Source of the DNA: Candidatus Yanofskybacteria bacterium
GTDB lineage: Bacteria > Patescibacteriota > Minisyncoccia > 2-02-FULL-40-12 > IGHO2-01-FULL-4-A
Direction of reading: 5' to 3'
Assembly: GCA_016185545.1 (NCBI GenBank)
Contig: JACPNJ010000005.1
Span: 4,549 to 68,548 of the forward strand
DNA: 64,000 bases
In this document: positions 50,126-60,175 of the stretch, piece by piece
Numbering within the stretch: position 1 is the first letter of the stretch
Layout: each line of letters starts with the position of its first letter
The notes under the pieces: generated by a model
What the model saw: the letters and a program-made list of their open reading frames with translations, nothing else
Told to the model about the DNA's origin: nothing
Databases searched by the model: none
Made by a program: the position numbers and the translations under genes

Positions 50126-50671
50126 CTATTTATGAGGTACAGAAACCGGTACTGGCACAAGTTCATTTGATTGGCTGGAAGGATTTTTCAGCCAATTTTT
50201 AATTTTTTGCCAGACTTGAGACTTTTTAAACGGCGGCTGGTCAATAGAAATAAAACATGCCCATGCCCACATAAGTATATGAGAAGCGAATATGAGTACG
50301 GTTTTATTGGAGTACATGTACATAAAAAACACAAAGAGGCTCAAGAATAACCACCACAGCCGTTGCATAAGCATCTCTATATGCAAAACTGCACTCTTTA
50401 CGCCCTCGTGTCTTTCAACAAGTAATCGCTTTTTATAACTTGCGGTGAGCTTAAAAAATACAGTAAAAAGAATCAACGGCATTATTATGAAATATTTAAC
50501 ACCGCTAAAAATTAAAAAATGTAGAAAAGATTCCAATTGAGACAACCCGAGCATTAATATGGCCAAAAAGAAATTATCCAAACCGGTTAACCAGTTAAAA
50601 TCTTTGGCTATTTTGTTGAAGAACTTGAGCATTTGCTTATCAATCCATAAAATCAATAAAATCAAACGCAT
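50126..50671 (-). CDS. Hypothetical membrane protein
   Basis: SD upstream; about 4 hydrophobic segments. Confidence 0.6.
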   Translation of the reverse strand: MRLILLILWIDKQMLKFFNKIAKDFNWLTGLDNFFLAILMLGLSQLESFLHFLIFSGVKYFIIMPLILFTVFFKLTASYKKRLLVERHEGVKSAVLHIEMLMQRLWWLFLSLFVFFMYMYSNKTVLIFASHILMWAWACFISIDQPPFKKSQVWQKIKNWLKNPSSQSNELVPVPVSVPHK

Positions 50672-50705
50672 ATACGCCTCCTAAATATATTTCACGGGTT
50701 ATTTT

Positions 50706-51323
50706 TTAAAAATCTATAACTTTTGCTTTTTTATAATACTCCTCCAATACCTCCCAATTCAGATTTTTCCAAAACACAGCAATGTATGCCTTGCGGTCAC
50801 TGCCGTGATCTATGAAATATGCATGCTCATAGACATCAAGCGCAATTATCGGAATACAACCCCAAACGGCATGGTCGTGAGTATCGCCGTTGTATTGTTT
50901 GAGTCGCTTCTCATGCAGGTCCCAGGCCAGCACCGTCCAGCCACGAGCGGCCATGGCGCATTCGCCGAAGTATTTCTGGAAATTCTCCGCCGAGCCCCAT
51001 TTCTCTGATATTGCCGCCGCGAGCTCGGGCGCTTTTTTATAATCCCCATCTCCGCCAAGTGCGCCAAAAAACCATTCATGCAAATAAACACCATTTACAG
51101 CAAATGTCTCGCCGAGTTTCAATGCGCGGAGCTTGCTATAAGTCGTATTCCCGCCGGGCGCAGTACCGGCAATAATTTCATTCCGTAGCTTCCCGAGTTC
51201 ATCTCCTATCTCATTGGCTTTATCAACATAGCCCTTATAGAGCTTACCGTGGTGGATTTCGTTAGTTTTTGTGGATATGCCATCTAATTCTTTATCAAAC
51301 GGCAATGGTTTGAGTTCGTACAC
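50706..51323 (-). CDS. sod: Fe/Mn superoxide dismutase family protein
   Basis: YELKPLPF, HHGKLYKGYV, LHEWFF and LDVYEHAYFID. Confidence 0.88.
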   Translation of the reverse strand: MYELKPLPFDKELDGISTKTNEIHHGKLYKGYVDKANEIGDELGKLRNEIIAGTAPGGNTTYSKLRALKLGETFAVNGVYLHEWFFGALGGDGDYKKAPELAAAISEKWGSAENFQKYFGECAMAARGWTVLAWDLHEKRLKQYNGDTHDHAVWGCIPIIALDVYEHAYFIDHGSDRKAYIAVFWKNLNWEVLEEYYKKAKVIDF

Positions 51324-51399
51324 AGGTTATAGGTTATAGGTTATAGGTTATAGCTTTATTGCATCTATAATCTATAAGCTATTACCTATCAGCTATCAC
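51324..51399. repeat. Inverted heptamer arrays
   Basis: (AGGTTAT)x4 followed by (CTATxxx)x5. Confidence 0.8.
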
Positions 51400-51400
51400 C

Positions 51401-51637
51401 TCATTTAATTCCCAGCAGTTGGTCAATCTTCCCGCGGTCAAAACCAATAACAATCTGACCGTCTATCATAATAACCGGTACGCCCATCTGATGGGTCTTG
51501 TCTATCATTTCTTGGCGCTTGATCGGATCCTCTGCCACATCATGCTCGGTATACTCCACATCATTCTTCTTGAAGTATTCCTTAACCATCTTGCAATATG
51601 CGCACCATGGGGTTGTATAAATTTCTACTTTTGCCAT
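51401..51637 (-). CDS. Glutaredoxin/NrdH-like protein
   Basis: YTTPWCAYC, QMGVPVI and IGFD. Confidence 0.92.
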   Translation of the reverse strand: MAKVEIYTTPWCAYCKMVKEYFKKNDVEYTEHDVAEDPIKRQEMIDKTHQMGVPVIMIDGQIVIGFDRGKIDQLLGIK

Positions 51638-51706
51638 AAAGCTATCATAACACAAAAATAATCCACAGCAAATTTGATTTAAAAAATCGAGCGTTTGCTC
51701 GATTAA

Positions 51707-51919
51707 TTAACGGCCCTTCATTCTTTTGAAGGCATAAAAACCAATATATGTACCAAATGACACAAATAAAGCACTGCCCAAAAGAGTAACCGCAATCATC
51801 AGAAAAGAAATATCAACTAAAGAAAAATCATTGTAAATGCTTTTGAGCAATAATATTCCTAAAATACCAGACAAAAAAGCAAGAAACAGTAAAAACAGGT
51901 TTAGAATATGCTTCTTCAT
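51707..51919 (-). CDS. Small 2-TM membrane protein
   Basis: AGGAGG SD and two hydrophobic helices. Confidence 0.6.
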   Translation of the reverse strand: MKKHILNLFLLFLAFLSGILGILLLKSIYNDFSLVDISFLMIAVTLLGSALFVSFGTYIGFYAFKRMKGR

Positions 51920-51933
51920 TTCGTCCTCCTTTC

Positions 51934-52049
51934 ATCCCGTTAGAAGTCGCTACTTCGTAGTCTTATACACAGGTTACAACTACACAACAAGACCTTAAAT
52001 TATCTTCTAGCTATGACCGCGAATCCGCTAGGACGACTTCTAACGGGAT
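51934..52049. mobile_element. MITE-like element, TCCCGTTAGAAGT family (copy 2)
   Basis: atcccgttagaagtcg...cgacttctaacgggat; its end supplies the TAG stop of the 52040-52840 gene. Confidence 0.65.
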
Positions 52050-52840
52050 TCATAATCTTCGTAAAAAATTTCTCTAATCTCGTGTCTGTTACTAATTACG
52101 GTAACAAATCCGAATAATTTTGCTGTATAGATATATTCAGCCCAAATATAATCTACGGCAAAACGTCCCTCAATTAACTTAGCGGTAGCAACAAAATTAA
52201 GTTTAAATAGCCGGGCACTACCAATAATTTTAGAAATGCTGGCTTCTGATAATAGGTGGCCGGCAATTTTTTTAAAACTTAAGCCGTTTTGACTAATCCA
52301 TATTTCCCCGGCCATTCGATTAAAAGCTCCGTCTTTATCGTTCAATTCCGAGAGTTTTTCCCTGGGACGGCCGTATGTCGGGCTAGCCTTGGGTCTGAAA
52401 TTAAAAACCCAACATCTCGTCCCTTCCAGATTTTCGTTTCTCGCAAAGACAAAATCGTACCTTTCCAAAAGTTCAACACCAATGCTGATAATTTCATCCT
52501 TTTTCTTAAATCTGGAATTGGTTACGGTCAGTCCATCTTTTTCTGTCAGTTTTTTATAAAGTTCGCCATTCTTTTTTTCAACCCAAAAACGTTCTTCTTT
52601 AATTTCAGAAATTACACCATTTTTTAAGGTTTTGGTTATCAACCGTTCGCGGTGAATATAATTATCACCGATATAGAGGGAATCGGCTTCTGACTTCTCA
52701 ATGAATTTAGCTACTATTTCATTAAAATCAGGTTCTTTTTGCGCATATGCAGGGCGAGTGATTGTGAAACACAAAAAATATATGGCAATACTTATGCCAA
52801 ATTTGGTCATTTTCACCCGGCCCTCCTTTTTAATGTTCAA
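52040..52840 (-). CDS. Hypothetical secreted protein
   Basis: Signal peptide from MTKFG; beta-rich body with GEIWI. Start probably the second Met. Confidence 0.65.
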   Translation of the reverse strand: MNIKKEGRVKMTKFGISIAIYFLCFTITRPAYAQKEPDFNEIVAKFIEKSEADSLYIGDNYIHRERLITKTLKNGVISEIKEERFWVEKKNGELYKKLTEKDGLTVTNSRFKKKDEIISIGVELLERYDFVFARNENLEGTRCWVFNFRPKASPTYGRPREKLSELNDKDGAFNRMAGEIWISQNGLSFKKIAGHLLSEASISKIIGSARLFKLNFVATAKLIEGRFAVDYIWAEYIYTAKLFGFVTVISNRHEIREIFYEDYESR

Positions 52841-52876
52841 AAGTCACAAACTAATTAATAACAATAAATTATTAGA

Positions 52877-53305
52877 TTGTCAATTAAAAATGCCGATAAA
52901 ATTGGGGGTATAATTAAAGGGGTGGGATTTATTCTTAAATTTTTACTTATTTTTTTAGTGATCGCTATTGCGGGTGGTTTTTTGATAAACCAAATTCCAT
53001 CTTGGAAACAGCGGGTAATAGAAGTTGTAAATCCGGCTGCAAAAGAGGCACGTCTTTTGGGAGAACTTACAGCCAGTTTAGAGGAACTTGATAAAAATAT
53101 CGGCGATGGTGAGAATAAGGGCGTACTGGATAAATCTCGGGGCATTTTGCAAAACATTACTGATTTGAACCAGAAAAATTCTGGTATAATCAGACAGCAA
53201 GTTGGTAAGATTATAGATGCGCTTATTGACCGCACACCATATCCGGCAGATCATTTACGGACACCTCCAATAAATACACCGGCCATCTGTGAACCAGCAA
53301 AATAG
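52877..53305 (+). CDS. Hypothetical membrane-anchored protein
   Basis: One TM plus coiled region; start uncertain. Confidence 0.55.
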   Translation: MSIKNADKIGGIIKGVGFILKFLLIFLVIAIAGGFLINQIPSWKQRVIEVVNPAAKEARLLGELTASLEELDKNIGDGENKGVLDKSRGILQNITDLNQKNSGIIRQQVGKIIDALIDRTPYPADHLRTPPINTPAICEPAK

Positions 53306-53375
53306 AACCCTGAAACATGAATACAAAAAAAAGCAAGCCCATAAGAGAGCCTGCTTTTTTTTGAGTAGCTGATAA

Positions 53376-53714
53376 TTAGTAATCCCTGCCACCACCACCG
53401 TAACCGCCTCGGCCACCGCTGTAGCCGCCACGGCCACCAAACCCGCCGGTGCGCGGAGCGCGCGGCGCCATCGGTCTGGCTTCATTTACGACAATCTGTC
53501 TGCCGTCCAAATCTTGGCCATTGAACATTTCAACAGCTTTGGCGGCTTCTTCATCCGTGGACATTTCCACGAAACCGAAGCCCTTGGAACGACCGGACAT
53601 CTTGTCGGTGATAACCATCGCTGATTCTACCGTTCCGGCTTGGGAAAAGTGCTGTTTCAGCTGGTCATCAGTCGTGTTGTAGGACAAACTGCCTACATAT
53701 AACTTCTTAGCCAT
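53376..53714 (-). CDS. RRM RNA-binding protein with Gly/Arg-rich tail
   Basis: KLYVGSLSY (RNP2), SKGFGFVEM (RNP1) and RGG tail. Confidence 0.95.
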   Translation of the reverse strand: MAKKLYVGSLSYNTTDDQLKQHFSQAGTVESAMVITDKMSGRSKGFGFVEMSTDEEAAKAVEMFNGQDLDGRQIVVNEARPMAPRAPRTGGFGGRGGYSGGRGGYGGGGRDY

Positions 53715-53728
53715 TTCACCGCGAAATA

Positions 53729-53891
53729 TGTGCGCTTTCGTTGTGAAGCCCAAAATTGTTTAGGGCTTTGCGCAACTCAAGCCACGAGGGTTTGCCCAAT
53801 TTCTTCGTTGGGTGTTCCGGTACTCCCTCAACGTAGTTTTACTACGCCTCGGTTCGTTCCTCATACCCGCCTCGAACTTGGCCAAACGCAC
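53729..53891 (-). repeat. Structured dispersed element, family A (copy 2, upstream of the RRM gene)
   Basis: Homologous to 32729-32892 and in the same orientation relative to its downstream gene. Confidence 0.8.
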
Positions 53892-54040
53892 AAATTTCGT
53901 AAATTTTTGTAGGAAGACCTATTCTCGAGATCCGCTTAGCTTATGGAGAACACTAGGTTTCCTACGGCTAAATGGCTAACACTGAGAACACACACCTACA
54001 ATAGATTAAGTGTAACAAAATGCTATTTTGAAGTCAAATT

Positions 54041-54226
54041 TTAACTTAGCCCGAAAAAATGCTTTATTCTTAATTTCGTCCTGTTCCACCATGGCCATTT
54101 GTCACCGAAAAGCATGTCAACACCGATTAACAACAAAACTGAACCGGGTGTAAACGGGGTTAATAAAATTATGAAGCCTAAAATTATAAAAATTGTTCCC
54201 CAGAATTTTCTATGGCGTTTAATCAT
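54041..54226 (-). CDS. Small membrane protein (PGPGW-like)
   Basis: ILGFIILLTPFTPGSVLLLIG. Confidence 0.55.
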   Translation of the reverse strand: MIKRHRKFWGTIFIILGFIILLTPFTPGSVLLLIGVDMLFGDKWPWWNRTKLRIKHFFGLS

Positions 54227-54244
54227 TGAGATGGTTTCAAAACC

Positions 54245-55093
54245 CTAATTTACGCAGGCATTAAAAATTTTCACTTGGTCATTATATTGGGAAACTAGGT
54301 TTTTAAGCTGGGCGATCAGGTCGTTGATTTGAACAACGATGGCATTGTATTCAGCTACTTTTTGATTGTACTGCTCGCGATTCACCCTTCCCTTTAATTG
54401 TTCAAGCTCGGTTAAAATGGTATCTGCCTGAACTTTTAATTCCGCGATTTGCAATTCAAGTGTGTTTATTTGACCCTTAAGCGTTTCATTCGTCTGCGGG
54501 CAAGCCGATAACGGCAATGCAAATGCCTGCACGGCCAACCATGTTTGCCGACCATCAAAAGTTCCCCTTGCCACAGCAACCCCAATTTCACGAAAACGCG
54601 AATTCAAAATGTTAGCCCGATGGCCGGGGCTATCCATCCACGCCTGCACCAACGCCTGGTCATTCTCATAATTGCCAAGCGCAAGATTTTCACCCACCGC
54701 AATGAATTGGTAGCCAACGCCGTCAAGCAGGGTACTGATATTGCCACCGGTCGGTGAAATATGCTCAAAATATTGGCGGGCAAACATATCTTGCACTTTG
54801 AGCCGCGCTGCAGTATTTAACTGCGGGTCTTCTACAAGAGTCGGCAAACCGGCGTTGGCACGGTGTATATTGGTCCACTTCATCACGCCGCCGCGCGTCA
54901 GATATGCCTCCTTCGACTCCCGCATTGCCCGAAGCGGTGGCGGGGTCAGGATTTCTTTTTTAACGTTTTCCAATACGATATCGGCTGATTCTGTTATATC
55001 GGATAATCGGGAAGCTAATTTATCCCTGACCAAAAACAAACCGACCATGGCAATGGCTATGACCGTAATTGAAATTGTGAGTTTTTTATTCAA
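54245..55093 (-). CDS. CAP/SCP domain protein
   Basis: TNIHRANAGL, YFEH, GENLA, AWMDSPGHRANIL and EIGVAV. Confidence 0.92.
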   Translation of the reverse strand: MNKKLTISITVIAIAMVGLFLVRDKLASRLSDITESADIVLENVKKEILTPPPLRAMRESKEAYLTRGGVMKWTNIHRANAGLPTLVEDPQLNTAARLKVQDMFARQYFEHISPTGGNISTLLDGVGYQFIAVGENLALGNYENDQALVQAWMDSPGHRANILNSRFREIGVAVARGTFDGRQTWLAVQAFALPLSACPQTNETLKGQINTLELQIAELKVQADTILTELEQLKGRVNREQYNQKVAEYNAIVVQINDLIAQLKNLVSQYNDQVKIFNACVN

Positions 55094-55125
55094 ACCTTTA
55101 TTATAGCAAATAAAAAAAGAGGGTA

Positions 55126-55830
55126 TTAATCCTCTCCTAGAATTTTCAAAATATAATCTCTCTCCACTATTAATTCCTCCGGTTTTAAAACCCCCTCAAC
55201 GATAATCGGCACATTGGGATCGCGTATGCTTTTTATGATTTCCGCCTGCTGGGTTTGAAATAACGGCTCATGATAACCAGTGTAGCCGCTTAAATGTACC
55301 TGGGCTATTTTATCGCCGAGTTTTTCATAAAATTCGGCGGTTAGAGTTATGCTTGGGTCGTTGGTATAGGCGTGGTTTACATCCAAAACCATCTTAAAAT
55401 CTTCAAACTGCCCGGCTAATTCGGCTATATCCTCAACTGATTTGAATGTTTTCTTCCGCTTGTCCATATTTTCAAAAGCGACAGGAAATGAAGGGCAGGT
55501 TTCAAAAACGGAAAAGTCCTCAACTGTATCCGGATGAAAAACAACGAGGTCAAATGGTCTTATTCGATGTACTCTGGCTATTTTTATAAATATTAAATCC
55601 GTTTGGACATTGTAGCCGTATTCGGCTACAGGCGCGTGCAAGCTCACATAATCAAAACCGCTCAAATCATTCCAACCGATACGGGTTATTTCTCGTTCAA
55701 AAACATTCAATTTCACTAAACCAAGTTCAACAACAGATTGTCCCGAATCACGCAAAAAGCTTAAACGGTCTTTTTCATCCGCAATAGATTTATAAAGACA
55801 ACCAGTTGAAAATCCCAATCTTATACCCAT
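55126..55830 (-). CDS. Xylose isomerase-like/AP endonuclease 2 TIM-barrel protein
   Basis: SLHAP, VVFHP, FENMD, LDVNH and VHLSG...HEP. Confidence 0.75.
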   Translation of the reverse strand: MGIRLGFSTGCLYKSIADEKDRLSFLRDSGQSVVELGLVKLNVFEREITRIGWNDLSGFDYVSLHAPVAEYGYNVQTDLIFIKIARVHRIRPFDLVVFHPDTVEDFSVFETCPSFPVAFENMDKRKKTFKSVEDIAELAGQFEDFKMVLDVNHAYTNDPSITLTAEFYEKLGDKIAQVHLSGYTGYHEPLFQTQQAEIIKSIRDPNVPIIVEGVLKPEELIVERDYILKILGED

Positions 55831-55911
55831 TCAAACCTACTTTTTAATTTTCAAGTTGCCAATTGGTAAAGTATAAAATATTACTGGCTAAATGTCAAAT
55901 AGAGTACAGGT

Positions 55912-56133
55912 TCAGCGGTTTATCCTGATAATTTTATTACGCGAGATGTGGCCGGATACAATGGCGACATCCGATGGCATTACGCCAAAATATCCGGCAA
56001 GCAGTTTGATGATGGCGGCATTGGCCCTACCCTGAACCGGGGGCTCTTTGACGGACACGGCAAAATGTTCGTCATCAAGTTTTTCAATTTTATTTTCTTT
56101 GGCGCCAGGTTTCGCTTTTAGGTTAATTAACAT
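55912..56133 (-). CDS. DUF167/YggU family protein
   Basis: KPGAKEN, PPVQGRANAAII and IVSGHISRNK. Confidence 0.9.
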   Translation of the reverse strand: MLINLKAKPGAKENKIEKLDDEHFAVSVKEPPVQGRANAAIIKLLAGYFGVMPSDVAIVSGHISRNKIIRINR

Positions 56134-56136
56134 GCG

Positions 56137-56532
56137 TTATTCCGTAGTTTTACCGTCAAAATGCTCTTCCGCATCGGCCATAGCATCCGCCTTAGTGGTA
56201 TGAATTATAGCGTCTTGATGATTGGGCGGGGAATAAATGGTATAGAGTTTCATATCCTCGGTTTCCGAGGTATTGATGATATTATGCTCAGTACCGGCTG
56301 GCACTACAATGGCGGAACCGTCACCTATCTCATGCTCTTCGCCATTCAGCACGGTCTTGCCGCTCCCCTTCTCCACGCGAATAAATTGATCCAACTGGTG
56401 AACTTCTGTGCCGATATCTTCTTTCGGCTTCAAACTCATCAAAACTAATTGGCTATTCTTGGCCGTATACAATACTTTCCTAAAATTACCATTCTCCAAC
56501 GTATCTTTTTCTATGTTTGTTACGTATGCCAT
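56137..56532 (-). CDS. Cupin domain protein
   Basis: NFRKVLYT, IGTEVH, DQFIRVE, VPAGTEHN and KLYTIYSPPNH. Confidence 0.9.
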   Translation of the reverse strand: MAYVTNIEKDTLENGNFRKVLYTAKNSQLVLMSLKPKEDIGTEVHQLDQFIRVEKGSGKTVLNGEEHEIGDGSAIVVPAGTEHNIINTSETEDMKLYTIYSPPNHQDAIIHTTKADAMADAEEHFDGKTTE

Positions 56533-56639
56533 AATGTTTATCACCGCATCGTTAGATTAAAACGATCCGGCGAATTTAAAATTATTATTCTAATTATAAT
56601 ACAATTTATATAATTTTCCAAACAATACGATTAGGGGTC

Positions 56640-58430
56640 TTAGGAGTCACGCCGTGCTTTGGAGCGGTCAAGCTTAGTCAGGTACTGCTTGCGAAGGCGC
56701 ACGCTTTTAGGAGTTATCTCAAGGTATTCATCCTCAGCCATTAACTCAAGCCCGCGTTCTATGGTCAGTTCAAGCGGCGGCGTAAGGTCAATCGCCTCAT
56801 CGGAGCCTGAAGCGCGCACATTAGTAAGCTGCTTGCCTTTGGTAGGGTTAACATACATTTCTTCGCCTTTAGAGGTATTGCCGATGACCATACCCTCGTA
56901 AACTTCGGTAGCCGGCCCAATATAAAGAACGCCTCGTTCCTGAAGACCCCACAATGAATAGCCAAGGGCTTTGCCATTTGCCATTGATATCATGGAACCA
57001 ACTGCCCGCTTGCGTATCTCGCCGGCATATGGCTTAAATCCAATAACCCGAGAAGACATGATTCCCTCGCCTTTTGTGTCTATGACAAACTGATTGCGAT
57101 AACCTAACAATCCACGCGTCGGCCCCTCAAATGAAAGCCGCATCAGCTCATGAGAATGCGCCAAGTTTGTCATCACAAACCCCCGCGTACCCAATCGCTC
57201 AATGATCAAGCCCTGATATTCAGCAGGAATATCTATAATTACCTCCTCAAACGGCTCTGACTTCACTCCTTTTTCTTCATGGATAATTACCTGCGGCTGT
57301 GAAACTTGTATTTCGTAACCAGCGCGGCGCATATTCTCAAGCAAAATAGCGATATGGAGTTCCCCGCGACCGCGGACAGAGAAACTATCAGTTGAATCAA
57401 AATTCACTTGAAGCCCGACATTTACTTCCAGCTCGCGCTCAAGATACTCGCGTAACTGACGAGAAGTTACAAATTTGCCCTCACGGCCGCCAAACGGCGA
57501 ATTGTTAATTAAAAAAGTGAGGGCGATAGTCGGCTCATCAATCGCTATGGCCGGCAACGGCTCTACTTCCATATCAGTAGTAACAGTTTCACCGATATCA
57601 ATATCGGCAAGTCCGGCGACCAAAACGATGTCACCAGCGCCAGCCTCGGAAATATCCACTTTTTTAAGGCCATCAAAAGTAAAAAGCTTGGTAATTTTAC
57701 CGGAACGTGTATCACCGTTTGGTTTTTTTATAAATACGCTTTGATTCGCCTTAGCCGAACCTTCGTATACGCGTGCGACGGCAAGCCGGCCCACGAAGTT
57801 ATCATAACCGAGATTGAATGGCTGCATCCGAAGCGGCTTGGTCTCCAATTCTACGGATGAAGCGCAAGGCACATGGGCAAGAATAGCATCCAAAAGCGGG
57901 GCAAGATTATCGGATTCGTCATTTATATTAAATTTTGCGATTCCGAGACGGCCAATGGTATAAACGACTGGAAAATTAGATTGCTGATTATTAGCACCCA
58001 GTTCAAGAAAAAGTTCTAACACCTGTTCTTCACAGCGGCGCGGATTAGCGGCTAGTTTATCTATTTTATTTATAATAACTATCGGTTTGAGTCCGAGTTC
58101 AAGAGATTTTTTTAGTACAAATCTAGTTTGCGGCATAGGTCCCTCTTGGGCGTCAACAACTAATAGCACTGAATCAATAGAACGCAAGACTCGTTCAACT
58201 TCCGAACCGAAATCGGCATGGCCGGGAGTATCCACGATATTTATTTTGGTTCCCTTATATGAAATAGCCGCGTTTTTTGAATAAATCGTAATACCGCGCT
58301 CCAGTTCAAGCGCATTTGAATCCATTGATACTCCCTCGGTAAGGGCCCCCGTCTGACGCATCAGCGCGTCAGTTAAAGTTGTTTTGCCATGGTCTACATG
58401 GGCTATTATGGCTATGTTTCTAATCTGCAT
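56640..58430 (-). CDS. typA: Translational GTPase TypA/BipA
   Basis: RNIAIIAHVDHGKTT, ERGITI, DTPGHADF, GRGELH and VYEGMVIG. Confidence 0.97.
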   Translation of the reverse strand: MQIRNIAIIAHVDHGKTTLTDALMRQTGALTEGVSMDSNALELERGITIYSKNAAISYKGTKINIVDTPGHADFGSEVERVLRSIDSVLLVVDAQEGPMPQTRFVLKKSLELGLKPIVIINKIDKLAANPRRCEEQVLELFLELGANNQQSNFPVVYTIGRLGIAKFNINDESDNLAPLLDAILAHVPCASSVELETKPLRMQPFNLGYDNFVGRLAVARVYEGSAKANQSVFIKKPNGDTRSGKITKLFTFDGLKKVDISEAGAGDIVLVAGLADIDIGETVTTDMEVEPLPAIAIDEPTIALTFLINNSPFGGREGKFVTSRQLREYLERELEVNVGLQVNFDSTDSFSVRGRGELHIAILLENMRRAGYEIQVSQPQVIIHEEKGVKSEPFEEVIIDIPAEYQGLIIERLGTRGFVMTNLAHSHELMRLSFEGPTRGLLGYRNQFVIDTKGEGIMSSRVIGFKPYAGEIRKRAVGSMISMANGKALGYSLWGLQERGVLYIGPATEVYEGMVIGNTSKGEEMYVNPTKGKQLTNVRASGSDEAIDLTPPLELTIERGLELMAEDEYLEITPKSVRLRKQYLTKLDRSKARRDS

Positions 58431-58518
58431 AATATTATTTAACAAAAATGGGCATTGCGCCCGATATTTGAAACTTTCTCTATAAGATTCACATACACTT
58501 TCCATTAAGTGCATCTAA

Positions 58519-58755
58519 CTAGATATCGGAATTAGAAGAAAGCCAATCAACCAGCCTCTTACGATGCCGATCAACTGACCACGCATCTTTATGCTTAAAA
58601 AGCGTAGGATGCGCATCCTGAAATTTTTTCAATATCGCAACCGAAGCGCGGGGAAAACCTGCCGGAATATTTTTATTATAGGATTCTAAAAACACCGGAA
58701 GGGTAACCGGCGCTTCATTTTGCTCTTTTTGTTCCTTATCCTTTTTATTCCTCAT
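58519..58755 (-). CDS. Hypothetical protein
   Basis: 78-aa ORF containing WSVDRHRKRLVDWL; family not recognised. Confidence 0.55.
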   Translation of the reverse strand: MRNKKDKEQKEQNEAPVTLPVFLESYNKNIPAGFPRASVAILKKFQDAHPTLFKHKDAWSVDRHRKRLVDWLSSNSDI

Positions 58756-58863
58756 ATCTTAAATTCATTTCAATGATACAACGAATCAATTCATAAATCA
58801 AGATCCAGCACAAAATTAAATTAAAAAGTAAAAGCCCTGCACAAATTACATGCAGGGCTCCAG

Positions 58864-59203
58864 CTATCTGGTGTTGCTACTTTCGAGCAGAGCCGCAGGA
58901 AAGTTGCTGCCCCAGTTGCTGCTGAGCCAGTAGTAGCCGCGACCCCACACCCCGCCGCTGAAATGCAGACAACAGATACACGGTTCCTCACCGGCGTCGA
59001 AGTAAGGCGTGGCCAAGAAGAAGATATAACGAGTCTTGCCATTCTCGTCCTTCTTCCAGTCCTCTGGGATGAGGTGAGGGTTGTCACAGAAGGTTCGCAT
59101 TAAGCACGGTTTTAGAACCTATCTTGGAATATCTCTCGTCCGTCTTATCCTTATGCACTAATTCTTTGTGGGGTATTTCTCTTTTGGGTCTAGTTATTTT
59201 CAT
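58864..59203 (-). pseudogene. Frameshifted remnant resembling a DGR target protein C-terminus
   Basis: The frame from ATG 59203 gives ...KTVLNAN, then a frameshift leads to FCDNPHLIPEDWKKDENGKTRYIFF...CICCLHFSGGVWGRGYYWLSSNWGSNFPAALL. GC-rich patch with a hairpin right after the stop. Confidence 0.55.
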
Positions 59204-59375
59204 GGTTTAAGAGTATCTATTTTCCACGAAAAAGCAAAGACCCCATTAGGGGTCGATTTGCTTAGAAAGGTATTATTATAACAAATCCTTCAATTGCGGT
59301 TACTTGAGTTCCATGCCAGCGCATGCAGGCCCATGTCCTATTCACCCACCTAAATTTTTAAAATTCCAGATAAAG

Positions 59376-59446
59376 CTGCGAGGCCTGGACTCGAACCAGG
59401 ATACTGGGATTCAAAGTCCCATGTCCTACCTTTAGACGACCTCGCA
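59376..59446 (-). tRNA. tRNA-Gln(TTG)
   Basis: Acceptor TGCGAGG/CCTCGCA, anticodon arm TGGGA-CTTTGAA-TCCCA and T arm CCTGG-TTCGAGT-CCAGG. Confidence 0.95.
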
Positions 59447-59488
59447 GCTTTATCGACAATTATTTTTTCAAAAACTTAGACGGGTAAT

Positions 59489-60175
59489 CTAGGCAACTCC
59501 GCAATTTTTACAAATACCTTCTATCCAACCGGCTATTTTCCTGTTTAAATCGGCACTTTTTTTGACATTAACCCTTAATAAACCGAAATAATCAATGCCG
59601 GTATTTTTTCTATATTTGGATAATTTATTTTTCTTAAAGTATGTTTTGTTAATTTTTGCTTCCACAATATTTTCCCAGTAATCTATAACGTTTGCAACAT
59701 TATTTTTGGAATTTTCATGAATGTATATTTCATAACCAATTTCTTCTAATTTTATACCTACGGATTCTTTCAACCATTTTAAAAATATCCTAATCATAAG
59801 CGGGTCTGAATTATTGAAAGAAACCTGCTGGCTAACGCTGTGTTTTTTTTCTTTGGTTCCCTCGGCCCAATAAAGGACACTGCCAATTAACCAGAGATCT
59901 TTTTTAGAGATTCGCCCAACATCCGCTATGGCAGATTCCCTGATTATTTTAGTCTTTTCAACCCTGTTTTGGTGTACTTTAATCCAACCTCTCTTCATGG
60001 CATCTAATTTCTTCTGTGTGAGTCTCTGTTTTTGTTCCCTGGAAAGATTAACTGATTTTAGCCATAGCGAAAGCGTTGATTTGGCCACTGGGACTTTTTT
60101 TAAAATTTCTGAATACGAAAAACCTCGCTTTCTCATGCCAATTGCCGCTCCCCTTTCTTTTGGTTTAATTACCAT
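59489..60175 (-). CDS. HTH plus LAGLIDADG-like domain protein, tRNA-adjacent
   Basis: N-terminal HTH (RKRGFSYSEI...VAKSTLSLWL), LYWAEG helix and FNNSDP..I..F.KWL. Confidence 0.75.
   Translation of the reverse strand: MVIKPKERGAAIGMRKRGFSYSEILKKVPVAKSTLSLWLKSVNLSREQKQRLTQKKLDAMKRGWIKVHQNRVEKTKIIRESAIADVGRISKKDLWLIGSVLYWAEGTKEKKHSVSQQVSFNNSDPLMIRIFLKWLKESVGIKLEEIGYEIYIHENSKNNVANVIDYWENIVEAKINKTYFKKNKLSKYRKNTGIDYFGLLRVNVKKSADLNRKIAGWIEGICKNCGVA

Noticed and set aside
58431-58514. N-terminal extensions of typA, and similarly of trpS, PMM and the RRM gene, in the ORF track
   Set aside because: Family homology starts at downstream start codons; the extensions run through spacers, repeats or palindromes.
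59330-59341. 11-nt match (cccatgtccta) to tRNA-Gln just downstream of it
   Set aside because: Too short and internal to the tRNA to call an att site; no cloverleaf seen.
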